A DNA stretch of 64,000 nt. It comes from Lytechinus pictus (lineage: Eukaryota). This document shows, one piece after another, positions 11,795 to 24,110 of the stretch. The stretch is from assembly GCF_037042905.1 (NCBI RefSeq), contig NC_087250.1:18538001-18602000 (forward strand), in the 5' to 3' direction. Position numbers and translations under genes: made by a program. Below the pieces are notes generated by a model that was not told the origin of the DNA, ran no database searches, and saw nothing but the letters and a program-made list of their open reading frames with translations. Numbering within the stretch: the stretch's first letter is position 1; the number at the start of each line of letters is the position of its first letter.

Positions 11795-12318
11795 TAGGAG
11801 CCTGTTCAGACCGGCAGAGATAGCGCGATCTAGCGCGCGCTAGATCGCGCTATCTCTGCGGTGTGGAAGGTACAACGTCGTTTCGGTCCGCCCAACAGCG
11901 AGCCACGGCGAGCCAAAACGGCGTGCCACTGGAGCACCTCTTGGGGGTGGTCCACGAGAGATAGCGCGGTCTAGCGCGCGCTAGATCGCGCTATCTCTGC
12001 CGGTGTGAACCCGACTACGATAGCACGCCGGAAGTCATCGTTCTACACGCGGCTAGCATAATAGGCACAGCGATATCGAGCTCTCAACTAACTAGTACGG
12101 GTTCGTAATAGCGCGCGAAATCTTTGACCGCTCTGACCTCATGACGTCACGCGTCATGGCAACAGTACAGGACCTCTCAAAAAAGGGGGTGCTACGATAG
12201 ACCGCGCTATCTCACTGCGGTGTGAATCCGGCGAATGCCAATGGGCGGACCGTGGATCGCGCTACGATAGCGCGATCCACGGTCCGCCCACGGTCCCCCC
12301 TTGCGGTGTGAACAGCCT
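11795..12318. mobile_element. GC-rich palindromic MITE (Harbinger-like termini)
   Basis: Absent from copy B (empty site at ~15962); termini ctgttcagaccg / cggtgtgaacag. Confidence 0.75.
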
Positions 12319-12652
12319 CAAGGACTTTAAACAAAATGCATGGTTTATTGGAAGCCAATAGAGACTAATGGAGAGTTGGAGTCACATATTCTTAAGTCTT
12401 AAAGCTGGGTGCCAGGGACCCCCTAAAAGCAGTCCATTTTTAATTAGTGACTGAATATATCAAATTCATGAATAAGCCTCTCTTTGGTTGACGTATCCGG
12501 AAAATGCCTTATTTTTGTGGCAAATCTTAGGGTGACTCAACAAAAGATGATCACTCTAAGTATTCAATTTAGGAAATTTCATTGTACATTTGGACTGTGG
12601 TGAGGGCAAAGTCGCCCTCTTGTGTTTTCTACAGTGTTAGCTCTTTTACTAC

Positions 12653-12748
12653 CTAATGAAAATCCAGTTGCTGGTTGCTGAGACGGTGCGGGTGCCGGAG
12701 TAGTCCCACCAAATTGAAATCCCGATGTGGCCGGCTTGGTGGCGGGGG
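12653..12748 (-). CDS. NUP62: Nup62 FG exon, duplicated copy A (APATKPATSGFQFGGTTPAPAPSQQPATGFSL)
   Basis: 96 nt, phase 1-1, polypyrimidine tract plus AG, GT donor. Confidence 0.75.
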   Translation of the reverse strand, partial: PPPPSRPHRDFNLVGLLRHPHRLSNQQLDFH

Positions 12749-12918
12749 CTTCAAATGCAAGCAAATCAAGGAAAGAAAAAAACATGCAAATAAAAAAAGA
12801 AAACAAGCAAATAAAACCAAAAAGCAAACAAACCATGCACAGACATAAACATACATCCTAACATGAATACAGTACAGTGTATGCAAAACCATTTGTCTAT
12901 AGGGCACATATCTATATA

Positions 12919-14255
12919 ACTAGAACAAATTACAAGGCAAATGCCAAGCGTTGTCTCGTCTGCATATTGCAGTCATGAAGAGACTGCATGTCAAAACTAC
13001 ATGTATGCTATATGACTTAGATGGACCTCTGTTACGAGTTTGGCGATCCCATCGCGAAGCTATAGAAAGTTATTGTGTGTACAACACAGCAGTGCCAGTC
13101 ATGGAAAGTTCATTGACCTTTGACCTTAATCAAATTAAACTCATAATTCGAACTTGACCTGCACCTTCAAGAGATGGACCTCTTGTTTGAATTTGGCAAT
13201 CCTACCTCGAAGATATAAAAAGTTATTATGTGTACAACAAAGCACAGTGCCAGTCATGGAAAGTTCATTGACCTTTGACCTTAATTAAATTCAACTCACA
13301 TTCGAACTTGACCTGCACCTTCAAGAGATCGACCTCTTGTTTGAATTTGGCAATCCTACCTCGAAGATATAAAAAGTTATTATGAGTACAACAAAGCACA
13401 GTGCCAGTCATGGAAAGTTCATTGACCTTTGACCTTATTCAAATTCGGCTCACATTTGAACTTGGCCCGCACCTTCAAGAGATGGACCTCTGTTATGAAT
13501 TTGGCGATCTCACCTCGAAGCTATAGAAAGTTATTGTGTGTACAACACAGCACAGTGCCAGTCATGGAAAGTTCATTGACCTTTGACCTTTTTCAAATTC
13601 GACTCATATTCGAACTTGACCTGTACCTTCAAGAGATGGACCTCTGGTATGAATTTGGTGATCCCACCTCGAAGATATAGAAAGTTATTATGTGTACAAC
13701 ACAGCACAGTGCCAGTCATGGAAAGTTCATTGACCTTTGACCTTATTCAAATTCGACTCATATTCGAACTTGACCTGTACCTTCAAGAGATGGACCTCTG
13801 GTATGAATTTGGCGATCTCACCTCGAAGCTATAGAAAGTTATTGTGTGTACAACACAGCACAGTGCCAGTCATGGAAAGTTCATTGACCTTTGACCTTAT
13901 TCCAATTTGACTCGTATTCGAACTTGACCTGTGCCTTCAGGAGATGGACCTCTGTTATGAATTTGGTGATCCCACCTCGAAGCTATAGAAAGTTATTGGG
14001 TTTACAAAGTTATTATGTGTACAACACAGCACAGTGCCAGTCATGGAAAGTTCATTGACCTTTGACCTTTGACCTTATTCCAATTTGACTCATATTCGAA
14101 CTTGACCTTTGCCTTCAGGAGATGGACCTCTGGTATGAATTTGGTGATCCCACCTCGAAGCTATAGAAAGTTATTGGGTGTACAACACAATTGTTGAAGA
14201 CGACGCCGGAAATAGTGATACCTATGTCTCGCTCCGCTACGCAGGCGAGACAATA
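12919..14255 (-). mobile_element. Helentron-associated (HINE-like) element with ~7.5 x 154-bp tandem array
   Basis: Absent from copy B; subterminal inverted repeats tgtctcg(c/t)ctgc, terminal stem-loop, 154-bp period (13246, 13400, 13554, 13708, 13862). Confidence 0.75.
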
Positions 14256-15073
14256 AAACAGGACACAACAGGTCAAATGAGACAGGCTTTGCGGCCAATC
14301 AAACAGCATCTATGGCCATGGCCTTGGATTCAAAATAAAAGAATGCAGAAGTAAGTCCTGCCAACATTTTGAAATGAAAAAAGGAGTCCTCCTAATCGCG
14401 CAGCATGAATTTTTCTGCTCGATGTCAGGTGTGTCTCCCTCACTTTTTTTTTTAAATCAAGACATGTTTAGCATTCTTATATTTAAAGTTAATCATTGAG
14501 AAATTGCACGTTTTGGAAAACTATATTACTCTTACACCCATAAGAGGCCCTGAATTGATCTTGACTGTGAAATAGAAATAGAATAGTTGATAACCACATC
14601 ACACGGGCATCCTTTAATTTGTGATCCCAACCCGATGGAATGACCAGTCTGGGATTGGGCCACCTTCCATACCTGCTGTTGCAATGTTTCCAAAGGAGAA
14701 GGATGATGTCGCCTGTGGCACCCCTTCATTGCCTTACAGCGCAGGCAAGGAGAGAGAGAGTCCTGAACTATTTTTGTTTTACTTATTCTATTTCAGCCAA
14801 TTGTGGGTCATTTTGCATCGTTCAAACTTCCATTTTGATCTTCGTGTACATTTCAAATCGTTTTTGGATATGCCAATGTCCTAAATCAAATTGAATACAA
14901 ATTGATTATTCCTAGATTTCCGTCAGCCGGGAAGCTCTTAAAAGTTTGTTTATACTATTATGTAAGATGGACAGCTGCAATCCAACTCCACCGCTGTGGA
15001 CATTGCCTGTTGCCGGTGGTTGCTGTGTGTTATCAGCTATTATCAGCTGTCAGTCCATCCCTACTCATTTTAA

Positions 15074-15657
15074 AGGAGAATGAAACTCTTGGAGCAAGTT
15101 AGCTTTTGTGAAAGCAGAAAAATCAAAGAATAAGATCAACAAAAGTTTGAGTTAAATAGGACTAGCAATAGAAGAGTTATGAGCATTTGAATGTCGAGAT
15201 CACTAATGCTATGGAGATCCTCCCATTGGCAATGCGACCAAGATCTATGATGTCACAGATGAACAACTCTCCCCTTTTGGACACTGAAAATATACCCCAA
15301 AACATCTCTTTTTGCTCATTCTAATCATATGACAAACGATTCATCAATGATATAATGTTGTGAAACCTCTTTACTTGTCCTCTCATAAAGAGAACACCTC
15401 ACCTTGTGATAGACTCCATAAAAGTGAGAATATAAGTGAAATAAGTACTAAAGTAATGAGGGAGTTGTACGTGTGTGACATCACAGATCTTGGTCGCATT
15501 GCCAATAGGAGGATCTACATGGCATTAGTGATCTCAATATTCAAATGCTCATAACTTTCTTATTATTAATTCAATCTTCCTCAAACTTTCAACAATATGT
15601 TTCTTTGATTTTTCTCTTTGATATGGATTCAACTGGTTTCAAGGGTTTCATTCTCCT
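15074..15657. mobile_element. Kolobok-type palindromic MITE
   Basis: aggagaatgaaac / gtttcattctcct, TTAA TSD; empty TTAA site in copy A at ~11489. Confidence 0.9.
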
Positions 15658-16271
15658 TTAAACGAGAGAAATGACAGCTCTCCCAAAACTGAGAGTGAGG
15701 TGGTAAATACCCCACTTGAGCTCCCATTGACATAACACATAGGGCAATGGGGTTCCTGTGTCCTAAGCAGGTGGGGTATTTTTTAAACAGAGGAACATGT
15801 AATGATCAAAATGAAAGAAAGTTGTCAGATGTGATAACTTGTCGGTTGATAAATCCTGATGAAATGGTCCCCAGCTCTGCTAAAGCATGTATGCAGCATT
15901 GCTGTACAGTGTAGATCGCTAGAGATTTCTGATAAAGTAAGTGTTTAGCACTAAAAAGCAATCAAGGACTTTAAACAAAATGCAGGGTTTTATTGGAAGC
16001 CAATAGAGACTAATGGAGAGTTGGAGTCACATGTTCTTAAGTCTTAAAGCTGGGTGCCAGGGACCCCCTAAAAGCAGTCCATTTTTAATTAGTGACTGAA
16101 ATCTTTGGTTGACATATCCGGAAAATGCCTTATTTTTGTGGCAAATCTTAGGGTGACTCAACAAAAGATGAGCAATCTTAAGTATTCAATTTAGGAAATT
16201 TCATTGTACATTTGGACTGTGGTGAGGGCAAAGTCGCCCTCTTGTGTTTTCTACAGTGTTAGCTCTACTAC

Positions 16272-16367
16272 CTAATGAAAATCCAGTTGCTGGTTGCTGA
16301 GGCGGTGCGGATGCCGGAGTAGTCCCACCGAATTGAAATCCTGATGTGGCCGGCTTGGTGGCATGGG
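16272..16367 (-). CDS. NUP62: Nup62 FG exon, duplicated copy B (AHATKPATSGFQFGGTTPASAPPQQPATGFSL)
   Basis: 96 nt, phase 1-1, intact AG and GT; paralogous to 12653-12748; usage unknown. Confidence 0.6.
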   Translation of the reverse strand, partial: PMPPSRPHQDFNSVGLLRHPHRLSNQQLDFH

Positions 16368-16952
16368 CTTCACATGCAAGCAAATTAAGGAAAGAATAAA
16401 AACATGCGAATAAAAAAAAAGAAAACAAGCAAATAAAAACCAAAAAGCAAACAAACCATGCACAGAAATAGATATACATCCTAATATGAATACAGTACAG
16501 TGCATGCAATACCATTTTTATATAGGGCACATATCTATATATTAAAAGAGCAAAATATGAAACAGGACACAGGCTTTGCGGCCAATCAAACAACATCTAT
16601 GGCCATCGCCTTGGATTCAAGATAAAAGAATGCAGAAGTAAGTCCTGCCAACATTTTGAAATGAAAAAAGGAGTCCTCCTAATCGCGCAGCATGAATTTT
16701 TCTGCTCGATGTCAGGTGTGTCTCCCTCATTTTTTTTTAAAATTAAGACACGATTAGCATTCTTATATTTAAAGTTAAACATTGAGAAATTGCAAGTTTT
16801 GAAAAACTATATTACTCTTACACCCATAAGAGGCCCTGAATTGATCTTGACTGTGAAATAGAATAGTTGATAACCACATCACACGGGCATCCTTTAATTT
16901 GTGATCCCAACCCGATGGAATGACCAGTCTGGGATTGGGCCAACTTCCATAC

Positions 16953-17108
16953 CTGCTGTTGCATTGTTTCCGAAGGAGAAGGAGGATGTCGCCTGTGGCT
17001 GGGCTGGCTGGGAGGGGGTGGAGCCAAAGCCGAAGCCCCCTGGTGCTGCAGCAGGCTTGCTGGCTGGTGTCTGGCCAAACGAAAACCCTCCACTGGGTGC
17101 TGCCGTCC
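16953..17108 (-). CDS. NUP62: Nup62 FG exon (GTAAPSGGFSFGQTP...SFSFGNNATA)
   Basis: AG/GT bounded, 156 nt, phase 1-1, three FxFG motifs, in frame with previous exon. Confidence 0.9.
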
Positions 17109-17795
17109 CTTTAAACAAGAGAATGATAAATGGAAGACATTACAGATGGATGTTTGATAAAGCTGTTATGAATGACTTTAACCATGACTGGTGACCATTT
17201 CTTGTGCTATGTGATATATCCCTATGTAGCTAACTTGGCACCTAAGAACATGTTCCAATCGTGTGTATAGGCCATTTACGACAACATCTGACATATATAC
17301 TGTACAAGAAAGGAAGATGAATATTGAGAGGTGATGAAAATGAAGAGGAAAACGAGGATCAAGAAGAGGAAGAGAAGGAGGAAGGGTAGAAATAAAGACA
17401 AAACTTAATAAGGAATAAAAGGAGGAATATGAACAGGGGGGGGGGGGTGGTTAAAAGGGTGACAGAGTTAAACAAGATCAAGGTAAGGCAGGGAAGAAGA
17501 ATAAGGAGAAAGAAGGAAAGAGAGGAAAAAAGGGGAGTTCAGGGAGTTTATAAGAAAAAATAGAATATGAGGAGAATGATAAAACAAAGTTAATAGAAAA
17601 AGGAGAGAGAAAAAAAGTGTTAATTTCAAAAGAGGAAAGGAATAAGTCATTTTTACCCACAATGCAACATTTTAAGATTTCTGTATTCTCACATGGAAAC
17701 ATGATCAATGAAAATTCTCTACCAATCATTCGAGCAACAAATATGTTGCCCTGGAACAAAAGATCACATACAGTAAGCTTTCCAACATTCCTATA

Positions 17796-18613
17796 AAGTG
17801 CGTCCCACAAAAAACGAAACCGAGATGCATCGATGATTTATCATAACTTAATCATAAATACAATAGACAAATGACCTACCAACGTAAAGCTTAGAATCTC
17901 CTCTTTCATCTGATACCACTTAGATTATTCCGCATTCACACATGAGTGAGCAAAAACGATTCGAAGAAAGGATGCCAAAAACTCATTTGGCGGGGGGTAT
18001 CTGAATTTCAAAAAGGAAGTCACATGACTAAAAAGTTTAATATCTGCTCTTTTATTTGATACCTTAATCACAGAAAATGGTCAAGAAATAAAAAAGTTAT
18101 GATCCCTCAAAATAATGCTTGTATTTCCATAATTTCATTAAATAAATGTGTTTTCACCGGTTTCCCACATAAGCTATCGCACGGTAACAAAAGACTTAAT
18201 GCATGGCTGATCGTCAACAAAACGGAGTGTCGAGTGAGTCTGGGCGCTAGCCTGTAAAACCTCTTCATTTCATGAAATTATTGAAAATCAAGCCTTGTTT
18301 CAAATAACCAGAACTTTCTTATTTCTTAACCATTTACTTTAATTGAGGTATCAAATAAAAGAGCAGATATTGAACTTTTTAGGCGTGTGATTTTCTTTTT
18401 GAAATTCAGATACCCCCGCCAAATGAGTTTTTGGTATCCTTTATTCAAATTGTTTTTGCTCACTCATGCGTGAATGAGAAATAATCTGAGTAATATCAGA
18501 TGAAAGAGGAGATTCTAAGCTTTACAATGGTAGGTCATTTGTCTATTGTATTTGTGATTAAGTTATGATAAATCATCGCTAAATCTCGGTTTCGTTTTTT
18601 CTGGGACGCACTG
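17796..18613. mobile_element. Tc1/mariner-type foldback MITE
   Basis: TA flanks; agtgcgtccca.aaaaaacgaaaccg / cggtttcgttttttctgggacgcactg; arms pair over ~300 bp. Confidence 0.88.
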
Positions 18614-18629
18614 TATACTACTCATAATC

Positions 18630-19051
18630 CAGACATGCCAACCTCCGGGAATAAAAAACTATATTCTGTAATTAAAAAAAAATGTATTTTCCCCCAAAAA
18701 AGTCATTGTATTTCATAATAAAATGCTTGGCACACTCGCTCATTGCGGCGCTCAAGCTGCATGCAAGCTAAAATGCGCACTGCTCTTGCAGATGAAAAAA
18801 AAACACACTGAAACATGTGTATATCTCACCCTGGTTTTTACAAAATGATTGAAAAAAAAAAACAAGTTACCTGAAATTACATTGATCTAATAACCATATT
18901 TGTGTACGTTTTATGAAATAGAGACATATAGAGATGATTTTTCTCAATAAATTAGGATTTTGTAAAAATTTTATACAAAAAACGTACTGCCGTATTTTGG
19001 TTGCAAAAACGTATTAAATATATGCCTAAAACGAAATGGTTGGCAGGTCTG
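18630..19051. mobile_element. hAT-like MITE with 6-bp TSD (second copy)
   Basis: TSD ATAATC on both sides; near-colinear with 3605-4054. Confidence 0.88.
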
Positions 19052-20965
19052 ATAATCATGTGGCTATCATTAGTATGACCACCAAATCCAGAGGCGGCAG
19101 AAGATCAGGCTCGGATAAAGAAAGTGGAGGGGCATCTTTTGTCTGCCAAACAATCGGAGCCCCCAGGGCGGCCACTTCCATTGACGAGTGTATACCATGC
19201 GCGACCATGGGGTCTCGAAAAGCACCCTAAACAAGTATTTTCCATATTCTGAAAATGGACCCCTTAGAAAGTATTGGCATGTGAAACCCTACCCTTATCA
19301 AGTATTGGAACCAAAACGATACCTTTGGCCCGCTAGTATTCCCTGAATTGAACCCCTAAACAAGCGATGTTTTAATTGTTATATGTCACGGACGTCGGTT
19401 TTACCTTTACCTACCTTTACGCAATGTATTGTAACATCGTATTTATTTCTCTTTAGTTTTATGACTGTCATACATGTATTCTCAAACTAATTTGAAATTG
19501 CAATTATTCACAACATTGATCTGGTTTATATTTTTATATGACTTGTTTATTGTTCAATTTGTCTTGCTATTTACAATTTTTTTATACATATTTTTCTTGT
19601 TTTAAATATATTTTAAAAGTGTAAATGTTAATTTATATATGTTTTTAGTACTCGCAACTTTGCTGATTTAATTTTGACTATGATAGTTTTACAATGTTAT
19701 AATTTCAATCAATTTTAATCTTTTTTTGAGATCGTCCAAAATTATTTTTCTAGCTTTATTTGTTGATTATTTGTCTAGCACTAGAATTGTGATATATTGT
19801 AATCTTTTAATAATATACATGTACATTTTTACTTTGTAAATATGATAATATGAGTCTTCAGACTTTTGTCATGTACCATTTTCACAATAAAACCAGAATT
19901 GAATTGAATTGAATTGATCATTGGGTTTAGTACGGCCCCACCTCCACTCGGCCTCCCACACCTCGCGCAAATCGGACTCTAAACACGTACAGGGTTGGGG
20001 CAAAAAGTATATCCTTTATAAAACATTTTAGTCTTTTTTATACCCTCGCAAATTTGAGCCTAAATACGTAGCTTTCCTAGCAAAATAGATACCCTTTCTT
20101 CTTATTTTTTTAGTGTTTTTGACACCCTTATTATTTTATTTTTTATTTATTGGTATATAATGCACATAAATATTGACCAGCAGCACAAGCTGAAAGGGTC
20201 AATGTACAAAAATTCATTAAGTACAATATACAGATATAACAAAGCAAATGAATAAAAACGTTATTACAGTATTCTACATCAAAACTTATCTCCAATTAAA
20301 AGATGTAACTCATAAATAGAAGTTTGAGAAAGAGAGAAATAAGCCAAGGGGAAGAGGGAGAGAGAAGATGAAGAGAGGGGGAGAGAGAAATGAGAGTACT
20401 GGAAAGAAAGAGGGGGAGAGAGGGGGTATGTCCTCCAAATAGACAGAGAAAATTGAGTGAGGTAGAGAGAAAAAAAGAAAGTGGTGAAGAAGAGGAGGGT
20501 GATTTGGAAAACATAGAAGCAAAAACAAAAAGCAAAAATAATGTCAATTATGATTGACATAAAGATATGACTATCCTATATGAGATACAAAATGATTTTT
20601 ATATATATAAATAGATTCAACATAAGAACAATTAGTATAATACATTTTAGCAAGACAGTAACTGTAATCATTTCAAATTTTCCATGTACGTAGGCCTAAC
20701 CTACAAAAAACCGATAGAAAGCTAAAGAAATGATGTAAAGAAAGAAAGAGGGACAGACAAGAAAATAAAAAGAGAAAAGTGTAAGGGATAGGACTCAAAA
20801 AGGTAAAGAAAATAGTACTATAGGAAAGGGAAAGAAAGAGGAAAGAGGGAGAAAAAACAAGGTAAGAGAGTAAGTTTACATTACGTTACCCGACTTCAGA
20901 ATACGGGCCTTTGGCACAAGAGCCTATAGTGTACATGGACCATGTGGAAAAAACCCAATTTTTAC

Positions 20966-21077
20966 CTGCTGCTGCTGGTGCCCCACCAAAGGAAAACCCT
21001 CCTGCTGTAGGGGCTGTGGTGCCAAAGAGACTGGGGGTTCCAGTCGATCCCCCAGCCGTCGTCTGCTTTCCGAACAT
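20966..21077 (-). CDS. NUP62: Nup62 coding exon 1 (MFGKQTTAGG...GGFSFGGAPAAA); 42 nt of 5' UTR at 21078-21119
   Basis: ATG at 21077, acceptor tttctttgcag at 21120-21121, GT donor at 20964-20965, FG motifs; 112 nt ending in phase 1. Confidence 0.9.
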
Positions 21078-21995
21078 GATGATAAAGTCCTCTCAATTAT
21101 CAAACTTCGAGTAGTAATTCTGCAAAGAAAACAAGTGGAAGACAGAAATATCAATGTACGCTGCAGAATTTACCAAAACCAAAACAAATATATCTTCATT
21201 ATGATAATAAAAATAATCATTGTTTCTGTACATTTAATGGTTTTATTCATAATTGAGATTTTTTTACATATTTGTTAGTGGCATATCTTCATTGTACAGA
21301 AGTGTTGCTTTAAATATTCTTAATGATTCATGTATTTTAAGGAAATGAACAATTACAATTCATTGCTAATTGAATAACTTAGCAAAACTTAATAAATATG
21401 CCAAAGTGGAAGAACCATATACTGCATTTTGGGGGTGTTAAAAAAAGTATGCTAATTTCTAATAATACTCATTTCTGTTATTTTGCATGCAAGAATTCAT
21501 GTACGATGTATTTAGTTGTCGGAAAAGGGTTAGATTATACATTTGCATTTTGGACCATGTGAACAGTACGTAATTGTTCTCCTTACATTAGTGGTCAGGT
21601 CTGTTTGACTGCACTAAATAATCTACTCTCTTAGGACAAAAAGCAGTCTCTTGCCATCAAGGAATACAAGGATGGTGTAATAAGAGTGTCTGGGTTTAGT
21701 GAGGTGGCATTGACTACATGTAGTTGCAATGCTCAAGACATACTCTATGGAAATTTTAAAGATACCATAGATTTGGATGTGTGTTAGAGATTGTCAGGTT
21801 CAGGGCAGGTTGTCATGGAAACTCGGAGGATATCTTTGTTGTTTTACCAGTGCTGAACTTGGTGAAAAATCATCGAAAATACTATTCATGGAACCTTGTG
21901 AAGCATTGAACATTGGAATAAAGAACAAGATGACAATATTTTTCATGGACTTTACAGGAGTAAAGATTTCTAGATCTCGACTTGTGGGGTGATTA

Positions 21996-24110
21996 TAATG
22001 TTGTAAATCGGATCAAAAATCAGATCGAAAATCGGATCGGCAGTTAAGCTTCTAAAATCGAAATCGAATCGAAAATCGAATCGGCGATGTTTAAAAACAA
22101 AGGAATACATCAAAATTATGTTCGCGGTCGCGCGCATCTTCCTGACAAAGTCACATAGACGAATGCATTGGAATGGAAGTCGCCAACATGCGCGATCGTT
22201 TGGAACATGTTTTAAAGGGGTTTTGAGGTGCTATTGCTTTAAAATAAACCGAGTGATTTTTATTAGAAAGATAAACGAAAGACGCATCTTCCGAGCAAAC
22301 GCAAAGGAAAATAAAATGAAAATATTTCTCATAGATCACAGGTTAATGAACGATCGGCGGGACATCTTTTATAAGTATTTTTAGGTGCTAGCGATTTAGA
22401 ATTATTGGAATGATCTCTTGATCTCGTACGACGCATCATCTTAAAGTCGCAAGTGCAATTAAAATGTAGTACAAGACGCAAGCACGGACGATGATTTGAA
22501 ATGTTATTAAAATGTTTTGGGTAGCTAGCGTTTTCAAATCAATTTATTACTATCTTGAGAAATAAACTTTTGATATCTAAGAAGAAATATAAAAGCATCT
22601 CCCGACGAAGTTGCAAAGACAAATAAATTGAGGTTGAGAAGATGTAATCATCATAAAGGCTGTAAGAGAGTAGCGCAGTGAGCTCCGTCGTAAATACGAC
22701 CTTTCAAAGTTCACGGCGGGGTCCGCTATCACCACGAGGTTGAAAATAAAATGTATATCATCATGAACGATGTAAGAGAGTAGCGCAGTGAGCTCCGTCA
22801 TAAAAACGACCTTTCAAAGTTCACGGCGGCATCCGCTATCACCACGAGGTTGAAAATAAAATGTATATGATCATGAACGATGTAAGAGAGTAGCGAAGTG
22901 AACTCCGTCTGTAATACGACCTTTAAAAGTTCACGGCGGGGTCCGCTTTCACCACGAGGTTGAAAATAAAATGTATATCATCATGAACGATATAAGAGAG
23001 TAGCGCAGTGAACTCCGTCTGTAATACGACCTTTCAAAATTCACGGCGGCATCCGCTATCACCACGAGGTTGAAAATAAAATGTATATCATCATGAACGA
23101 TGTAAGAGAGTAGCGCAGGCAAGTACGTCTGTAATACGACCTTTCAAAGTTCACGGCGGGGTCCGCTATCACCACGAGGTTGAAAATAAAATGTATATCA
23201 TCATGAACGATGTAAGAGAGTAGCGCAGTGAGCTCCTTCATAAATACGACCTTTCAAAGTTCAGGGCGGCATCCGCTATCACCACAAGGTCGAAAATAAA
23301 ATGTATATCATGATGAACGATGTAAGAGAGTAGCGCAGTGAGCTCCGTCGTAAATACGACCTTTCAAAGTTCACGGCGGGGTCCGCTATCACCACGAGGT
23401 TGAAAATAAAATGTATATCATCATGAACGATGTAAGAGATTAGCGCAGTGAGCTCCGTCGTAAATACGACCTTTAAAAGTTAACGGCGGGGTCCGCTATC
23501 ACCACGAGGTTGAAAATAAAATTTATATCATCATAAACGATGTAAGAGAGTAACGCAATGAGCTCCGCCAGTAGCACGATCTTTAAAAGTCGCGGCGGGG
23601 TCCGCTATCACAACAAGGTTGAAGAGAAGATTTATATCATAAACGATGTAAGAGAGTAACGCAATGAGCTCCGTCAGTACGTAGCACGATCTTTAAAAGT
23701 TCACGGCGGGGTCCGCTATCACCACGTGGTTGAAGAGATTTCTATCAATCATTATAAAGGGGGTAAGAGAGAGTAGCGCAGTGAGCTCCGTCGGTAATAC
23801 GACCTTTAAACATTTCACGGCGGCAACTGCTATCACCATGAGTTGGAAGAGAAGATATCTATCCTCTTAAACATCGTCAGAGATAATACCGCGTCTTTCT
23901 CCCTGAATAATGCGACCTCTAAATAGCTAGCACCTCAAATACAATCTTGAATTTTGTTCTGGACGATCACGCACTGTAACTAGATCTACGCCGATTTTTT
24001 ATTTTCGATTTTTTCCTTCAAGGGGCATGATCGAAGATCGGCAAGTGATCGCCGATTGTGGTGAAATCGAATGGAATCGGTTGCCGATTGCAAAATCGGT
24101 TACAAGCTTA
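21996..24110. mobile_element. Non-autonomous hAT-type element carrying a 110-bp tandem array
   Basis: 8-bp TSD GGTGATTA (21988-21995, 24111-24118); imperfect TIR taatgttgtaa / ttacaagctta; subterminal aatcg(g/a) repeats. Confidence 0.8.
22661..23860. repeat. ~11 x 110-bp tandem repeat
   Basis: Unit starts at 22661, 22771, 22881, 22991, 23101, 23211, 23321, 23431, 23541, then two degenerate copies. Confidence 0.95.

Larger units (their letters stand above)
11137..16999. repeat. Intragenic tandem duplication: copy A 11137-14719, copy B 14720-16999
   Basis: Colinear ~1.7-kb shared sequence; junction gcctgtggc|accccttcatt fuses exon 16953-17108 sequence to intron sequence seen at 11137. Confidence 0.92.

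Noticed and set aside
13010-14190. Repeated 83-aa ORFs
   Set aside because: By-product of the 154-bp repeat shifting frame each unit; no coding signature
20279-20560. Hydrophobic minus-strand ORFs (also 17468-17810 and 30299-30622)
   Set aside because: Translations of purine-rich low-complexity DNA
22661-23860. CRISPR-like array
   Set aside because: Contiguous 110-bp units with no unique spacers, eukaryotic context, no cas genes
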